Below are positions 49,541-62,100 of a stretch of 64,000 nt of DNA, in pieces. A model generated the notes under the pieces. That model saw only the letters and a list, made by a program, of their open reading frames with translations. It did not search any database and was not told where the DNA came from. A program made the translations under genes and the position numbers. Origin of the DNA: Azolla caroliniana (lineage: Eukaryota > Plantae > Polypodiophyta); contig JBHGNT010000018.1 in NCBI GenBank assembly GCA_043228905.1, forward strand, positions 12,090,001 through 12,154,000. Reading direction: 5' to 3'. Positions within the stretch are counted from its first letter, which is position 1; the number at the start of each line of letters is the position of its first letter.

Positions 49541-50948
49541 ATTGGTATCAGAGCTTCTGTTTCTAATGTTTCCTTTGTTTGTTTTTGTCTTCTTGATGGA
49601 TGGTGATTGATCGATGTGCGGTTGACCTTGATCCATATAGCAATCAACAAAGGAACTTCGGTAACTCTTTCTTGTTTTTTTTTATTTTTGCTTCTCCTAT
49701 CTAATCATGTATATGGTCAATATGAAAGTTTTTTTCATTGATTCAATGATGTTGTAGTGGTAATTAATTGGTTGTATAAAACGTTTACATATGTGTATGA
49801 GGTCAATACCTAATTTGACATATATTTAATATGTGATTAGTGTCGTATGCGTACGAGGTTAATACCTCAATTACGTATTACGTTCACATACATATGTTAC
49901 GTTTGCGTATGAGGTCAATACCTCGATTTCTATGTAAATGATATGTGTTTGGTGTCGTATGCGTAAGAGGTCGATACCTCAATTGCATATTACGATTAAA
50001 CCTTAATTTTGGATGTTTCGTGTGTGTAGAGGATATATGCCTTGATTATGTGTCTCGATTTCATCATATGTTGGCTATTTGATGTTACGATTTTTTTAAT
50101 ATACGCATATGTGGTCACATGAATACGTATTTGATCATATATATGTGATAAATAAACATATGTGAATATTTGATATTTGAAAGGCATTCATAATGACGTA
50201 ACCATGTGATGGGCCACGTGAGCCTACTACGAAAAGAGGGCTCATTTGGCTTGACCATTAGGTTGCACTTTGGTGTATGCCATCGTAATTATGAGACTTG
50301 AGGTTAGATAACGTATCAACATAGTTTGTGGTAAATGAGGGGGAAATAAGGACTCTTGACATATATGTTTCTTTTTTAAAAAAACATATATGAGCAAATG
50401 CCACGCATATCTCTTATACGCATAAAACATTAAACATTCAACACGAGCAACCTATTTGGTTAGCTCAAGTGTTTAATGCATTTGTTCTCAAGGTCTCGAG
50501 TTTAAATATGACCAAGACCATACAACATTGTTACATATGTCTATAATACATGTTTAGACTTTAGGTCTAAGTGCACTTCGGGGTCCTCGTAATAGGACGT
50601 AAAGAGCCGAAACCACATACGTGGGCACAAAAACATAGTTTATTGTTAACATTTTTTTCGTGTATAAACTATTCATGACGCGAACATACATGGTTGAGCC
50701 TTGGGGAGCCACCATGAAAAAAATCGATATAGAGATCAAGGAAAGACATTCATTTGTCAACCCCATGGTTTTTAAAACACCTTTGTGTTACCATAGTTAC
50801 CTCATCTTGAACCTCATCTCATACGTCTAGAGGGGTATTGACGTGAGATCATGATATCGATTAATGTTGGCCCATGTTTACATCACGACTTGATGTTATG
50901 ACTATTTGTCTGACCTTATCCTATTTCTTTGCCAGAAATAATCATTCA

Positions 50949-53186
50949 ATGGCTCAGAATAACAACCCAATGTCATCCGCTCAAGCGAAAGGAACTCAAG
51001 GAAATCCTCCTGGAGCAATCTCCAATGAGTCGTATTTCTTACAAATACAAAATTTCCTTGGTTCAACCGCTCATTAGATGTCTGAACTTCAGCAATCTCA
51101 AAGTGCTCTCGAGGCACGTGTCATTAGTTTACAACATGACACTAATAGACCCGATGAGCGTTAAGGTGAACCATCATTTGTAGTAAAGCCATTTACGGGA
51201 GAAAAAAAGGAAAGAACCGAAGAAGCAATCTGCACGTGGTTGGGCTGATGGGAGTCTCATTTTGAGCTCTATCCCACACCAGATAGTACGAAGATTGCAT
51301 ATGTCAGCCGAGAACTAGGGGGTAAGGCCGTCGCCTAGTGGCGTGGGCTCCGAACTTTGGGGAAATTGCCCGATACCTAGACAGATTTTGTCACAGCTTT
51401 CAAGGGCCAATTTCTGCAACCTCCCTCTTGAACTGAGGCAACATAAGCTTTAATGAACCTCTCTAGCAGGAAGTTTTTCTCGCTAGAATTCTATGTCCAC
51501 CATGCTAGAACCCAAATCCAAAAATCGGGTCTAGAAGGAGACAATTGGTTAATAGCTTGTTTTGTCAATGGAATCCACAATTCGGACTATCACTGGATAG
51601 TGCACGATAAGGATCCAAAATCCTTCGAAGAGGCAGTTGAAATAGTTCTTCACTATCAACGCACTTCGAAGAAGGACCATAACAAACCCAACGACACGCC
51701 CAGGACTAAGCAGTCGCATTTCGTTGGGAAACACAGGACACCCAACAAATTCATGGATCGTGATTGTAAGCGACAACATCCTTTTTGCGTATTCTGCAAA
51801 AAGAAGGGTCATACAAAAGAACAATGTCGAAAGCTCCAACATAAAGAGCACGACAACAAATCAAAAGTTGCAGACCATAAAGGTCAGATTCCTAATGTCC
51901 TCGAGGTCTATACACAACATTTAAGTAATTGTCAATGTTCTTTCCCTCACTATATATTGGGACCTAATGATTTACTACGTGCAAACGGGTATGCCAATGG
52001 ATCTCCCGTACAATTTTTATTTGATTCGGGAAGCTCACATAATTTTGTGAATGATCATTTGGTTCAGATATGGGGAATCCAACCCACCATAAGTGATCAC
52101 ACCTATAGGGTGCACTTGGTTGATGGAACAGTACAATACATCAACGGGGCGATTCATTCATTAGGAATTTCAATTGATACTTATGTAGAGGAAGTAGACT
52201 TCCATGTAATGAATCTTTGTAGCACTGATGTAATACTGGGTTATCCCTGGTTTTATAATAAAAACTCTTCTTTATCTATTGATTGGTTCGTCATTCCATT
52301 TCCTTTGTACTAGACGATTGTACTCATTTTATTCAATGTGTAAATAAACAATCCCTTTCGATTGTTTCCTCTCCATCAATATCTGAGTTGTCTTGTTCTT
52401 CTTTATTTATTGTGTACTTGATCTGAACATTCATGTTTATAATATTGATAATGTCTTGGGTCAATTGACATATTTTGAACAACAACTCGATAAAATCTTA
52501 AATGATTTTCATGATGTTTTTCCGAGTGAACTACCACATGGGTTACCTCCTAAACGTAATATAGACCATCGTATAGATATTGTACCTGGCGTTGCACCAA
52601 TAAGTATACCTCCTTAACTCGATCCGAAGAGGATGAGGTATCTAAGCAACTCAAGGACTATTTACGAATGGGTTATATAGGTTATAGTAAATCTCCATGG
52701 GGTGCACCTGTTCTCTTGGTAAAAAAGAAAGAGGGCACATGGCGTATGTGTATTAATTACCGACGTTTGAATAAAGTGACAATCAAGAATTTATATCCAT
52801 TGCCCCGAGCTGACGATCTAATTGACCGTCTCCAGGGAGCTTGGTATTTTACAAAACTTGATCTCCGAAAGGGCTACCATCAAATTCGTATAAGTGAGGA
52901 CGATGTTCCTAAAACGGCATTTCATATGCGCTATGGCCATTATGAGTTTTTGGTTATGCCTTTTGGTTTGACCAATGCTCCGGCCACATTTCAACAAGAA
53001 ATGAATGACATTTTCCGAGAACAACTTGGAAAATTTGTCATTATTTTTTTGGATGATATTCTACTTTATAGTCATACATTAGAAGAACATGCTAAACATA
53101 TCTGCGTTGTTTTACAAACTTTGCGCGACAAACAATTTTACGCGAAGATCTCAAAATGCGAGTTCTTCAAGAAATCAATTACTTAT
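50949..53186 (+). pseudogene. RT-8 gag-protease-RT remnant
   Basis: [35 protein letters not shown]. Confidence 0.88.
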
Positions 53187-53237
53187 TGTAGAAATGAAGG
53201 TTCGGAAGCCTCAAACAAACTGGCTCAGCCAGATAGC

Positions 53238-53288
<51 letters not shown>

Positions 53289-53519
53289 TAATACATGGGA
53301 GAGACAGAGGAGTAGAACATTAAAAATTCATTACAAAACAGTAATAGTTCTCTGTACATACAACGTGCTTAACACTATTTATATAAGTCCTAAGGGGACT
53401 GACAGAAGTATTGTGTACTTTAATGCTCACACAAGCGTCTGACACTAACTACAAGTCTTTAACTACCTAGTAGTCGAGGCTGCTACTAGACTTCCGGTTA
53501 CTGCTGGATCCGGCTAACT
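53187..53519 (-). repeat. Solo LTR related to the RT-3 Copia LTR, with non-matching flanks
   Basis: Shares CGGAAGC..AACTGGCT..CAGATAGCAA and AAGTCCT..GGACTGACA.AAGTA with 21599-21895. Contains (GA)n. Flanks are CTTAT and TCTGC. Confidence 0.7.
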
Positions 53520-56500
53520 TCTGCTCTAACTGTCGAATCCTCAATGCTAGAAGATCTTCTCTACTTATCTCATCTTGCCATGGCAATGCAAACCATGAAA
53601 GAATACTTTGTTCCACTGGCATTATCGGCTTCTGTCCGAATATGAGCTCTGCCGACACGTATCCCGTCACCGTGCTATGAGTAGTCCTGTTAGCCCATAG
53701 TGCAAATGGTAATAGACGCGGCCATTCTCCTATTTTCCCATGGCAAGCTTTCACTAGAGCCTTCACAATCGGTCCATGGCCACGTTCCACTTTCCCATTT
53801 GCTTCCGGATTATATGTCGTGGTAAGAGATAATTTGATTCCCATCCTAGAGAAGAATTCTCTAGCTTCATTGGCGTCTAGCTCGGCTCTATTAGCCACTA
53901 TCTCGCCAACGCATCCATATCTGCAAATAACATCTTCAAGAAGGAATCTGCATACTGATGATGTCTCCTTAGTTCTCAATGCTCGCCCTTCAACTTGATT
54001 GGTAAGATCCTCTCTCGCGAGCACAAGATACTTCATCTGCCATCGCCCCATTGGCATCATTATGATGTCCACCATCCACTTGTAATGCATAGCCAACAGG
54101 TAAGTCAAATGAAGTTTATCTCGATGGCGAACATTCAAAAACATCTGGCATTCCTTACATGTTTCCACATAAGCTACATATTTGTAGATGCTCGGCCACC
54201 AATATTTCTCCTTAAGCTTCGTGAATGTAGCCCATATTCCTCGATGGCCTGCAAAAACACTATCATGAAATTCGGACATTAGTTTTTGCCGGTCTTCCAG
54301 CTTGCAGACAACTCTCATCGGAGTCCCATTCTTCTTTTTTGCATGCCTCCAAAGAGCTCCTTAAGGAAATACTTGTATGCCTTCTTCCGAATTCGGTGGA
54401 AGTCTTCCATTTACCATGATTCATCTTTTTGGAGAGAATTCAAGTATTTCCCAATCTCCACGAATTCACCTTCGTAGTCCTCTTCTATGAAAGTAGTCAG
54501 CACCCGAGCATAGGAACTTGTAAAGAAATCCAAGCCAACATCCTCTTCATCAGAATGTTGATCTTCCTCTCCGTCGTATCTCACTCGTGATAGCATGTCT
54601 GCAACGACATTACGCTTCCCAGCTACATGACGGATCTCCGGGTTGAGTGATTTGATATATGCAATCCAACACAACATGGCAATATCTGGTGTATTACAAC
54701 TAGATATCATACCCAAAATTGGTAGGCAATTTGTCTCAATTATGACTTCTGCTCCAATAAGGTAGTCACGATCAAACTTGATCACCGAAACGATTCCCCA
54801 TAGCTCCCTCTTCACTTGGGCATACCTTCTTTGCCTATCACTTAACACTTTCACGCCAAACCAAATTGCATATCGGTTGCAATCTTCGTCTTCTTGGTTG
54901 ATAACCATCCGATTCCGGTTGGACTAGTATCCACGGTCACGAAAATGGGCTTCCCGTCTGAATAGTCCGCCTTCCGTAATGCAGGTGCCTCCATCAATAA
55001 TTTCTTCAGCCTTCGTATGGCAATAGTATGCTCGCTCGTCCATTTGAACCGTCGCTTCTTCTTTAGTAGACCGTATAATGGCTCAGCAATGTGGGCATAG
55101 TGTGGAATCCAAATATGATAAAACGTGCATGCTCCAAGGAACCTTTGAACCTCCGTTTGGGTTACGCATTCTTCTTTCATGTCATGAATCGCATTCACCT
55201 TGGATGGCGAAGGCTTCCGACTGTATGCTCCACACAAGTGGCCTACCACCAAGATTTTTGGTTGCCCGAATGCGGATTTTTCTCCCGAAAATGTCAAATT
55301 TGCATCTTCGAGCCTTTGGAGCACCTTCTCGCAATCTTTCATATGATCCACGACAAACTTTCTGCATCCGTCCTTATCTTTCGATTCATCCTTCTCCTTT
55401 TCCGAACATCCTTTTATCGGAATATCATCCAAGAATGGCATCGTGATAACCGGGATGCAATCCTTCAAGACCTTGTTCATGGCATTCACCATATTAGCCA
55501 CCGAGTTCATTGCACATTGAGGTAAGGTACACATCCGCACAAGCCCGATCGGAGTCCTCATGGTTGTAATGTCATGACTGTCGACTGCCAACTGGAATTG
55601 ATCGTACCCAGAGTAGAGATCGCCAATGGAGTAGATGGACCGGCCCACAAACGCCTCGGCAAATTCATCCACACTCGGACCGATTCCAGCATTCCGAATT
55701 GTCACTTGTTGACGGGTTGAAGATCTTGCATGAATCGTAACGATCCATTCTTCTTCGGCAACGTGAACCATCTATTAGAATAAGGAGCTTTCAACGGTTC
55801 CAACATTCCCATATTCACCTTCTCCTTTAAGAGCTCGATCAGCTTCGGTAGGTGTGCTCTCGGAACTAGTATCGGTTTCAAATTCCAAGGCACATGCAGC
55901 ACCGTGAAGATCACCATCGGTTCTACCATCCTTGGATTAGCACAACCGATTTCTTGTGGGAAAAATGTGAAAGCCTTCCCATGTCTTTCAAGCATTCCAC
56001 GGAACATTTGCTCCTCTTCAGGGAGGAGGAAATCTTCCCTTCCAACTCATAGCTTTCCTTTTGTCTCTTCAGTGAAGACGTAACCTATTGTCTTTGGATT
56101 CCTTAAGCTTGGATCTTTTGCAACTTCCTTCATCTTTTGCCAGCTATCTTCCGGTAGCAAAATTGCAACTGGCTTGATCTTCCTATCCACCGTTTTGTAT
56201 TTTGTGTTGACTTCAGCTTCCTCCATCAAGATGCCTCGATGATATTCATCGATGATAGCGTACATGTTGACAGAGTTAACCAAAATCACATGTTGATCGC
56301 GAGGATAACTCAAGTCCACGACTTCCTCGATTTCACCGATGGTGTCGTTAAATGAGGATTCCTCCAGAATATGAGACACGAATTCTTCTTCTTCGATTAT
56401 GCTTTCTTCTTTCAGCACCTTCTCGAAGTCTTGTATCTGACGCTTATCCTTCTTGTTGATTAGTGTTAGTTTGCATGTGCCACTAGGTGTGACGCATGTT

Positions 56501-58701
56501 GCTTCTCCTTGCAATCCACGCGCTCTGCTTCCTTGTGGGGACTTATTATTGCTTAGACTATTTGTGCCCCATGCTTCAATAGTCCTCTTTAAAAATTCGA
56601 GGATTCGCCTCCAAGGCTATCTCAGTTCCTTTCGTGATTAGCTCGCACCATCAGGAATTGAACAGATCTTTTACTATCAATATTCTTGACTCGCGCGAAG
56701 GCTGCTCCATTATCGAACACCTTGGTCTCCATCCGGGACGATGTTATATATGGTTGTCCTAGGATGACAGGATGCGAAGCTGAGTCTTGCACGAAGAAGT
56801 GTTGATCAATCTCCACATCCCCGATCGTGACTTTAACATTGGGGCAAGCTCCGTACAAGTCCTCTGTAGCCTTTGTCGTCGCTTGAATCTTCCATCCATG
56901 GTTTGTATTAATCGGCCACCTTCCTTTCTTGTAGAACTCGGTTGACATGAGGTTGATCTCTGAGCCATGGTCAATCAAGGCTACCATGGTCTCTTTCTTC
57001 TCCCCCGATCTTCACCGGCGTCTCCGTTGTCGCTCTTGCCCAATGAGGTCGAGAGTAATGGCTATCCGCCACCACTTCTTCTTCCTCCTCCTTTTCCAAT
57101 CTTGCCATGGTTATGGCACTTGTTTTGACCTCCTCTTCATCAGATTGTTGCCGCTTCCGCTTAATAAGGTCCACAATAGTATTGGGGAACTCCTTCGTGA
57201 TCCCAAGTATGACAGTCTAAAACCTTCTCCTCAAGGACCTTCTGCAAGTCAGTTGTTTGTTCGATGTCTGACCTTAGCTTGTAAGTCGGTGCTGCTCATT
57301 CTTTTCCTTTCTTCGTTGATTCTTCGACTTCCATCCGAGCAAGTTGGCTCAATCCACCAGGCTTCATGCTTGTCTCTCCAACCTCTTTTCGTGGGATAGG
57401 TTGGGCTTGCCCTTCTTTCCCTGCGTTCCTCATGTTGGGATGCTTTGATGTGCCATCTTCTTCACCGGTTCTTTTCCTCTTCTCTTCGACAAGAGCTTCA
57501 TAGTTGTCGCACACTACCTCCGCAAAGTTTGTGTTATCGTCAACTGGATCTGACCATCCTGTAACTCGTCGCACATTCCAATCAGCAATTTTTAGATCCT
57601 CCGAATCGATTTTGCCTTTTTTCTCGTACTTGAAAACCGTTGGCCAAAACCCAGCACCTGACTTGATCGTCTTTAGATTCTCTTTTCCAACTCGTATCTC
57701 GGCTGATGTGGCATAGTGCATAGCTTCCACATGACTTGCATCTTCCTCTTCTACAATCTTTTTCAGCCCACCTCTTCCGAAGTTCACTTGTAGTGGCTTC
57801 CGGGTCTCGCTTGAGTGGATCATGTTGTCATCCAAATAGACGACATTCTTGCGAATCGTGTCTTGCAAGTCAGCGCATTCCCTTCGTGAGTGCTCGATGC
57901 TATCACACCACACACATCTAAACGCTTATTTTCCCTTGGGCCCCCATCGACCTAAGTTGGCTAGTGGTACCGCTTCAAACTTCTTGGAGATCTCTTCAAT
58001 TATAGAGTCATCCATCGCTTTCTTGTCAAAATTGTTGATCGGCTTGCTAGGCTCGACCATCACAAGTGCCTTCCTCCTCCACGATTGTGGATTCTCCATA
58101 TTAGTTTCCTCTTGCCATTGTCGACGCTTATCAAGATGGCTACAAACCTTCTTGACTTCTGCCCAATCCGCTACCAAGCCATTGGGTTGTGTTTCGTCCT
58201 CCAAAAAACTGCCCAATTCTCGTTGGTCTTTCGTATCCACCGCTTTCAGGAGATACCGCTTTCAAGAATTAGCAGGACTTTATCTCCATTGAGAACTCGT
58301 TGATCAGCACTCGGACATCGATTGTACTTTTGGTCGAATTCCGCATATACTCCCGACACACACATATTCTTCCCTTTCTTCTCGATCCAAATCATTAGTG
58401 TATGTCGAGTCATCATGTATTCTGCAAGAAGCGCCTTTTCGAACTTCGCCCAAGTTGTGTGCTCGTTTTGGATCTCCATGATGCTCTCACGGATCCCTGG
58501 TTCCACCACACGTTTAAAGCTAGATATTTGTTTGAAATCATTGACATCCCTCTGCTGCAACTCGTTCCGATAGGTAGCAAGGGAATCTGTGATGTTCTTG
58601 CCACCAAACCGTCCAGCTATCTCCACTGTTTGATCAACAGCTTTGTCGATTTAAGCCTCCCGATCTCTCACCTTCAGCATGTATTCCATGACGGACACCA
58701 A
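53520..58701 (-). mobile_element. RT-9: Phygy-like Gypsy internal region (gag-pol pseudogene), related to RT-2
   Basis: ALIDHGSEINLM, PFLDDIPIKG and YNPEANGKVERGH are collinear with RT-2. Gag start is interrupted by RT-10. Confidence 0.92.
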
Positions 58702-59159
58702 TGTCATAGACACGATGGAATGTAGGGGGTTGAAACTTGAACCCATGACCTCTTGGTCTTATTGGGCAACCTTACCAATTGAGCTACATTCCATCTATGC
58801 ATTATTGTATTGTATAAGTTTCAACTTATTACACTATAAGTTAATCACTATAACTTTCAAGAAACTTCTAGAGAATGCATAAACATGCACTCTCCAGAAG
58901 TTTCCATGCATTCTCTAGATGTTTCCTAGCTTACATGCATACCACCACATTCATGTATAAATACTTCGTTGCACCTTGATTACAATCAAGGTGAACAACA
59001 CTAGTTACGAAAGCATAATTTAGTTCTCGCTCTTTTGTCTACCCTCTCTCTCTCTCTTGTTCTCTTGTCTATGCTCCTCTCTATCTATATATCTACCTTT
59101 CTCACTTTGTTAATATTGAGCTCACCTACTTTTCCTTGCCCTCGTCTACGTCCATGACA
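58702..59159 (+). repeat. RT-10 5' LTR
   Basis: TGTCAT...ATGACA; TATAAATA at 58956; HSE-like TTCaaGAAacTTCtaGA at 58856-58872. Confidence 0.92.
58716..58793 (-). ncRNA. tRNA-like cassette in the RT-10 5' LTR
   Basis: Minus strand: TGGAATG-TAGCTCAATTGG-TAAGGTTGCCCAATAAGACCAAG-AGGTC-ATGGG-TTCAA(7-nt insertion)CC-CCCTA-CATTCCA. Perfect 7-bp acceptor stem and consensus A box. Confidence 0.75.
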
Positions 59160-59186
59160 GTTTGTTCACCTTCCCTTCTTGTTACC

Positions 59187-62100
59187 ATGTCCGACTCGGC
59201 CTTAAACCAAGTAATGGCAGCCTTGGAGCAACTTCAATTAGAAAATGATAGCCTTCGTCAGTCATTGCGAGAGCTTCAAAATAGCACAGCCAACAATCCT
59301 TCACCCGTTGAGCCTCACCTTCCGTCAGCATCTAACCCAACCCCTTCCTCTTCCCATTCATATGTCCTCGAACCTAACGTCAACCTACCTGACAAATTCA
59401 ACGGCTCGAGGGCGCATCTTCGTGGATTCATCAATCAAATTCGGCATATCATCCACTTACAACCCCAACGTTATGCTAGTGATTTCTCTCGAGTCGGCCT
59501 CGTTGGCAGCCTTCTCTCTAGGCCGGCACAAGCGTGGTTTGCACATTGATCGAGACCTCATCACCCCTCCTAGACAACTTTCCTGCCTTCCTTGCGGAGC
59601 TTGAAGCCACATTCAGAGAGACAGATCGGCGACGAACGGGACTCATGAAACTCTATTCCTTAAAACAAGGATCTCACCCAGCTTCCGTTTATGCTTCAGA
59701 GTTTCGTCAAATCATGTGCGATGTCAACTGGGATGAGCAAGCTTTATGCGACCAGTTTCGTCGAGGCCTCCGAAATGATATCAAGACTCTTCTCTTAAAC
59801 TTTCCGAAGCCCACATTATTGTCCCAGGTAATCTCCCAAGCCGTTCAATGTGATAATCATCTTTTTGAGCTTCGACAAGAGGAACGGGGGACTCAAGGTT
59901 TTCCATCTTCCTCCCGCAATGCTCCACTCACAAGGCCATATATATCAGTTTCGCCAAGCACGCCACGGCTACCATCTTCCAATAATGCTCATACCCCGAT
60001 GGAGGTCGATCCCCGTACCCCAATGGAGATCGACCATGCTGGTTCCAACCATTAACCGATGCCCAATGGCAACATCGACGTGACAATGGCCTCTGCCTCT
60101 ATTGTGGTACCCCCGGCCATGTCATGCGCCACTGCCCGATGCGCGGCCCTTGTCATCAATCCCACCATGCACGTCTTGTAGAGGTTTCTCGACAACAAGA
60201 AAATGACCGTGCACGTCTTGCGGGGGTTTTTGGACAACAGGAAAACGAGCAAGTTCAGCTGCAATAGGAGCCATGCCACTTGACACTTTCCATGGCCCTA
60301 GTTCTTCGTGCTCCTACAATTCCATCACGCCAACAGGAGGTTTTATTTTGCAAGTAAGTCTTTGTTTTGGGTCTATTTCAATAAAATCCCATGCCTTGCT
60401 CGACTTTGGTGCATCTACTTGTTTCATCGATATCGCATTCGTCCAAGCACATAAAATCCCAACCGTCTGCACAACATAACCCATATTTGTTGAAGCTATC
60501 AACGGACGGGTTCTCTCTTCAAGGGCGGTTACCAAAGCCACTGTCCTGTTGGTATTTCAAGTTGGGTTCCACCAGGAGGTATTAACATTCTACCTCATTG
60601 CAACCCCTCGTCATCCGATTGTTTTAGGGCTCTCCAAGTTGGAAACACACAATCTGATGGTGGATTGGTGTAACCGCTCCATCACTTTTCCACAAACACC
60701 AGTGCGGACCCTTTCCACAAACATTGTTACTAGTGTGGGGGTTGCTTTCAACTTGGGTGCACATTCTTCTCATTTCAAGTCAGCTTCCAATGTTGCCGAT
60801 TCTAGCGTGGTCACTTCCGTGCCCGTTGTGTCACAAGACATCCCTACTCCTGTCACCAATTTTCCCGCAAGATATAGCGATTTTTTGGACGTGTTCGAAA
60901 TGCGAAATATAAACCGACTGCCAGCACATCGCCCCTATGATTGCCCAATCGAACTCCAAGATGATGCACACCCACCATTTGGGCCCATCTATGGGCTATC
61001 TAAACCCAAACTTGAGGCCCTTTGCACATATCTCGATGAAAACCTCGCCAAGGGCATCATTCAACCCTCCAAATCACCAACTGGAGCCCATATCTTATTT
61101 GTCACAAAGAAGGACGGCTCATTACGCCTATGTGTGGATTATCGAGGTCTCAACAAAATTACGAGACATAATCGTTACCCCTTGCCTTTAATTCCAACAC
61201 TTCTTGACCGACTTCAAACCGGGCGTATCTTCTCCAAAATCGACCTTCGGGGAGCCTACAATCTGGTGCGTATCAAGCCAGGAGACGAGTAGGAAAACAC
61301 CCTTTCGAACACGCTATGGACATTTCGAGTACAAGGTGATGCCTTTTGGTCTCACCAACGCCCCTGCGGTCTTTCAACACATTATGAACAATATATTTCG
61401 GGAATATCTCGATCACTTCATGGTGATCTACCTTGATGACATTTTAGTTTTTTCTTCCAACATAGAGGAGCACACCCGACATGTCCGATTGGTCCTATCC
61501 AAAATTCGGGAACATGGACTTTACGCCAAAGGTGAGAAATGTGAATTCAATCGGACCTCTATTGAATTCCTAGGCTATGTGACTTCACCCTCCGGGATCA
61601 CAATGGATGCACGCAAGGTATCGGCAATCACCGATTGACCTGTCCCTACTCGGCTGAAAGAGGTACAATCATTTCTTGGTTTTGCAAATTTCTATCGACG
61701 ATTTATCAATGGTTTTACATCTTTACTACAACCTGTAATCATCCTTACGAGAAAAGATACTCCATTTCTTTGAACCTATGCGGCACAACGTGCTTTTGAT
61801 GCCCTCAAGGCAACTTTTCTAATAGCCCCGGTGTTGGTCTACCCCGATCCCACAAGGCCCTTCCAAGTCGAAACCAATGCCTCCAACTTTGCCATTGGAG
61901 ATGTCTTGTCCCAACCAGACGATGAGGGCACACTACATCTTGTTGCCTTCTACTCTCGGAAGTTTACCACCTCGGAAATCAATTATCCAATCCACGACAA
62001 GAAGCTGGCAACAATCATATCTTCCTTCACCAAATGGTGACCCTATTTAGCTGGGGCCCAACATCGCATCCAGGTGCTAACCGACCTCAAAAATCTAATT

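Larger units (their letters stand above)
49089..53186 (+). mobile_element. RT-8: 5' half of a Met-primed Gypsy element related to RT-5
   Basis: LTR 49089-49540, PBS TGGTATCAGAGC at 49543-49554, gag-PR-RT homologous to RT-5, truncated in RT. Confidence 0.9.

Noticed and set aside
58716-58793. Functional tRNA gene
   Set aside because: The anticodon arm does not form a 5-bp stem and no isotype can be assigned, so it is reported only as tRNA-like.
60170-60250. 42-bp tandem duplication at the end of RT-10 gag; short duplications in the RT-5 (25711-26050) and RT-8 (49795-49990) leaders
   Set aside because: These are ordinary slippage or template-switch duplications with no sign of a separate function.
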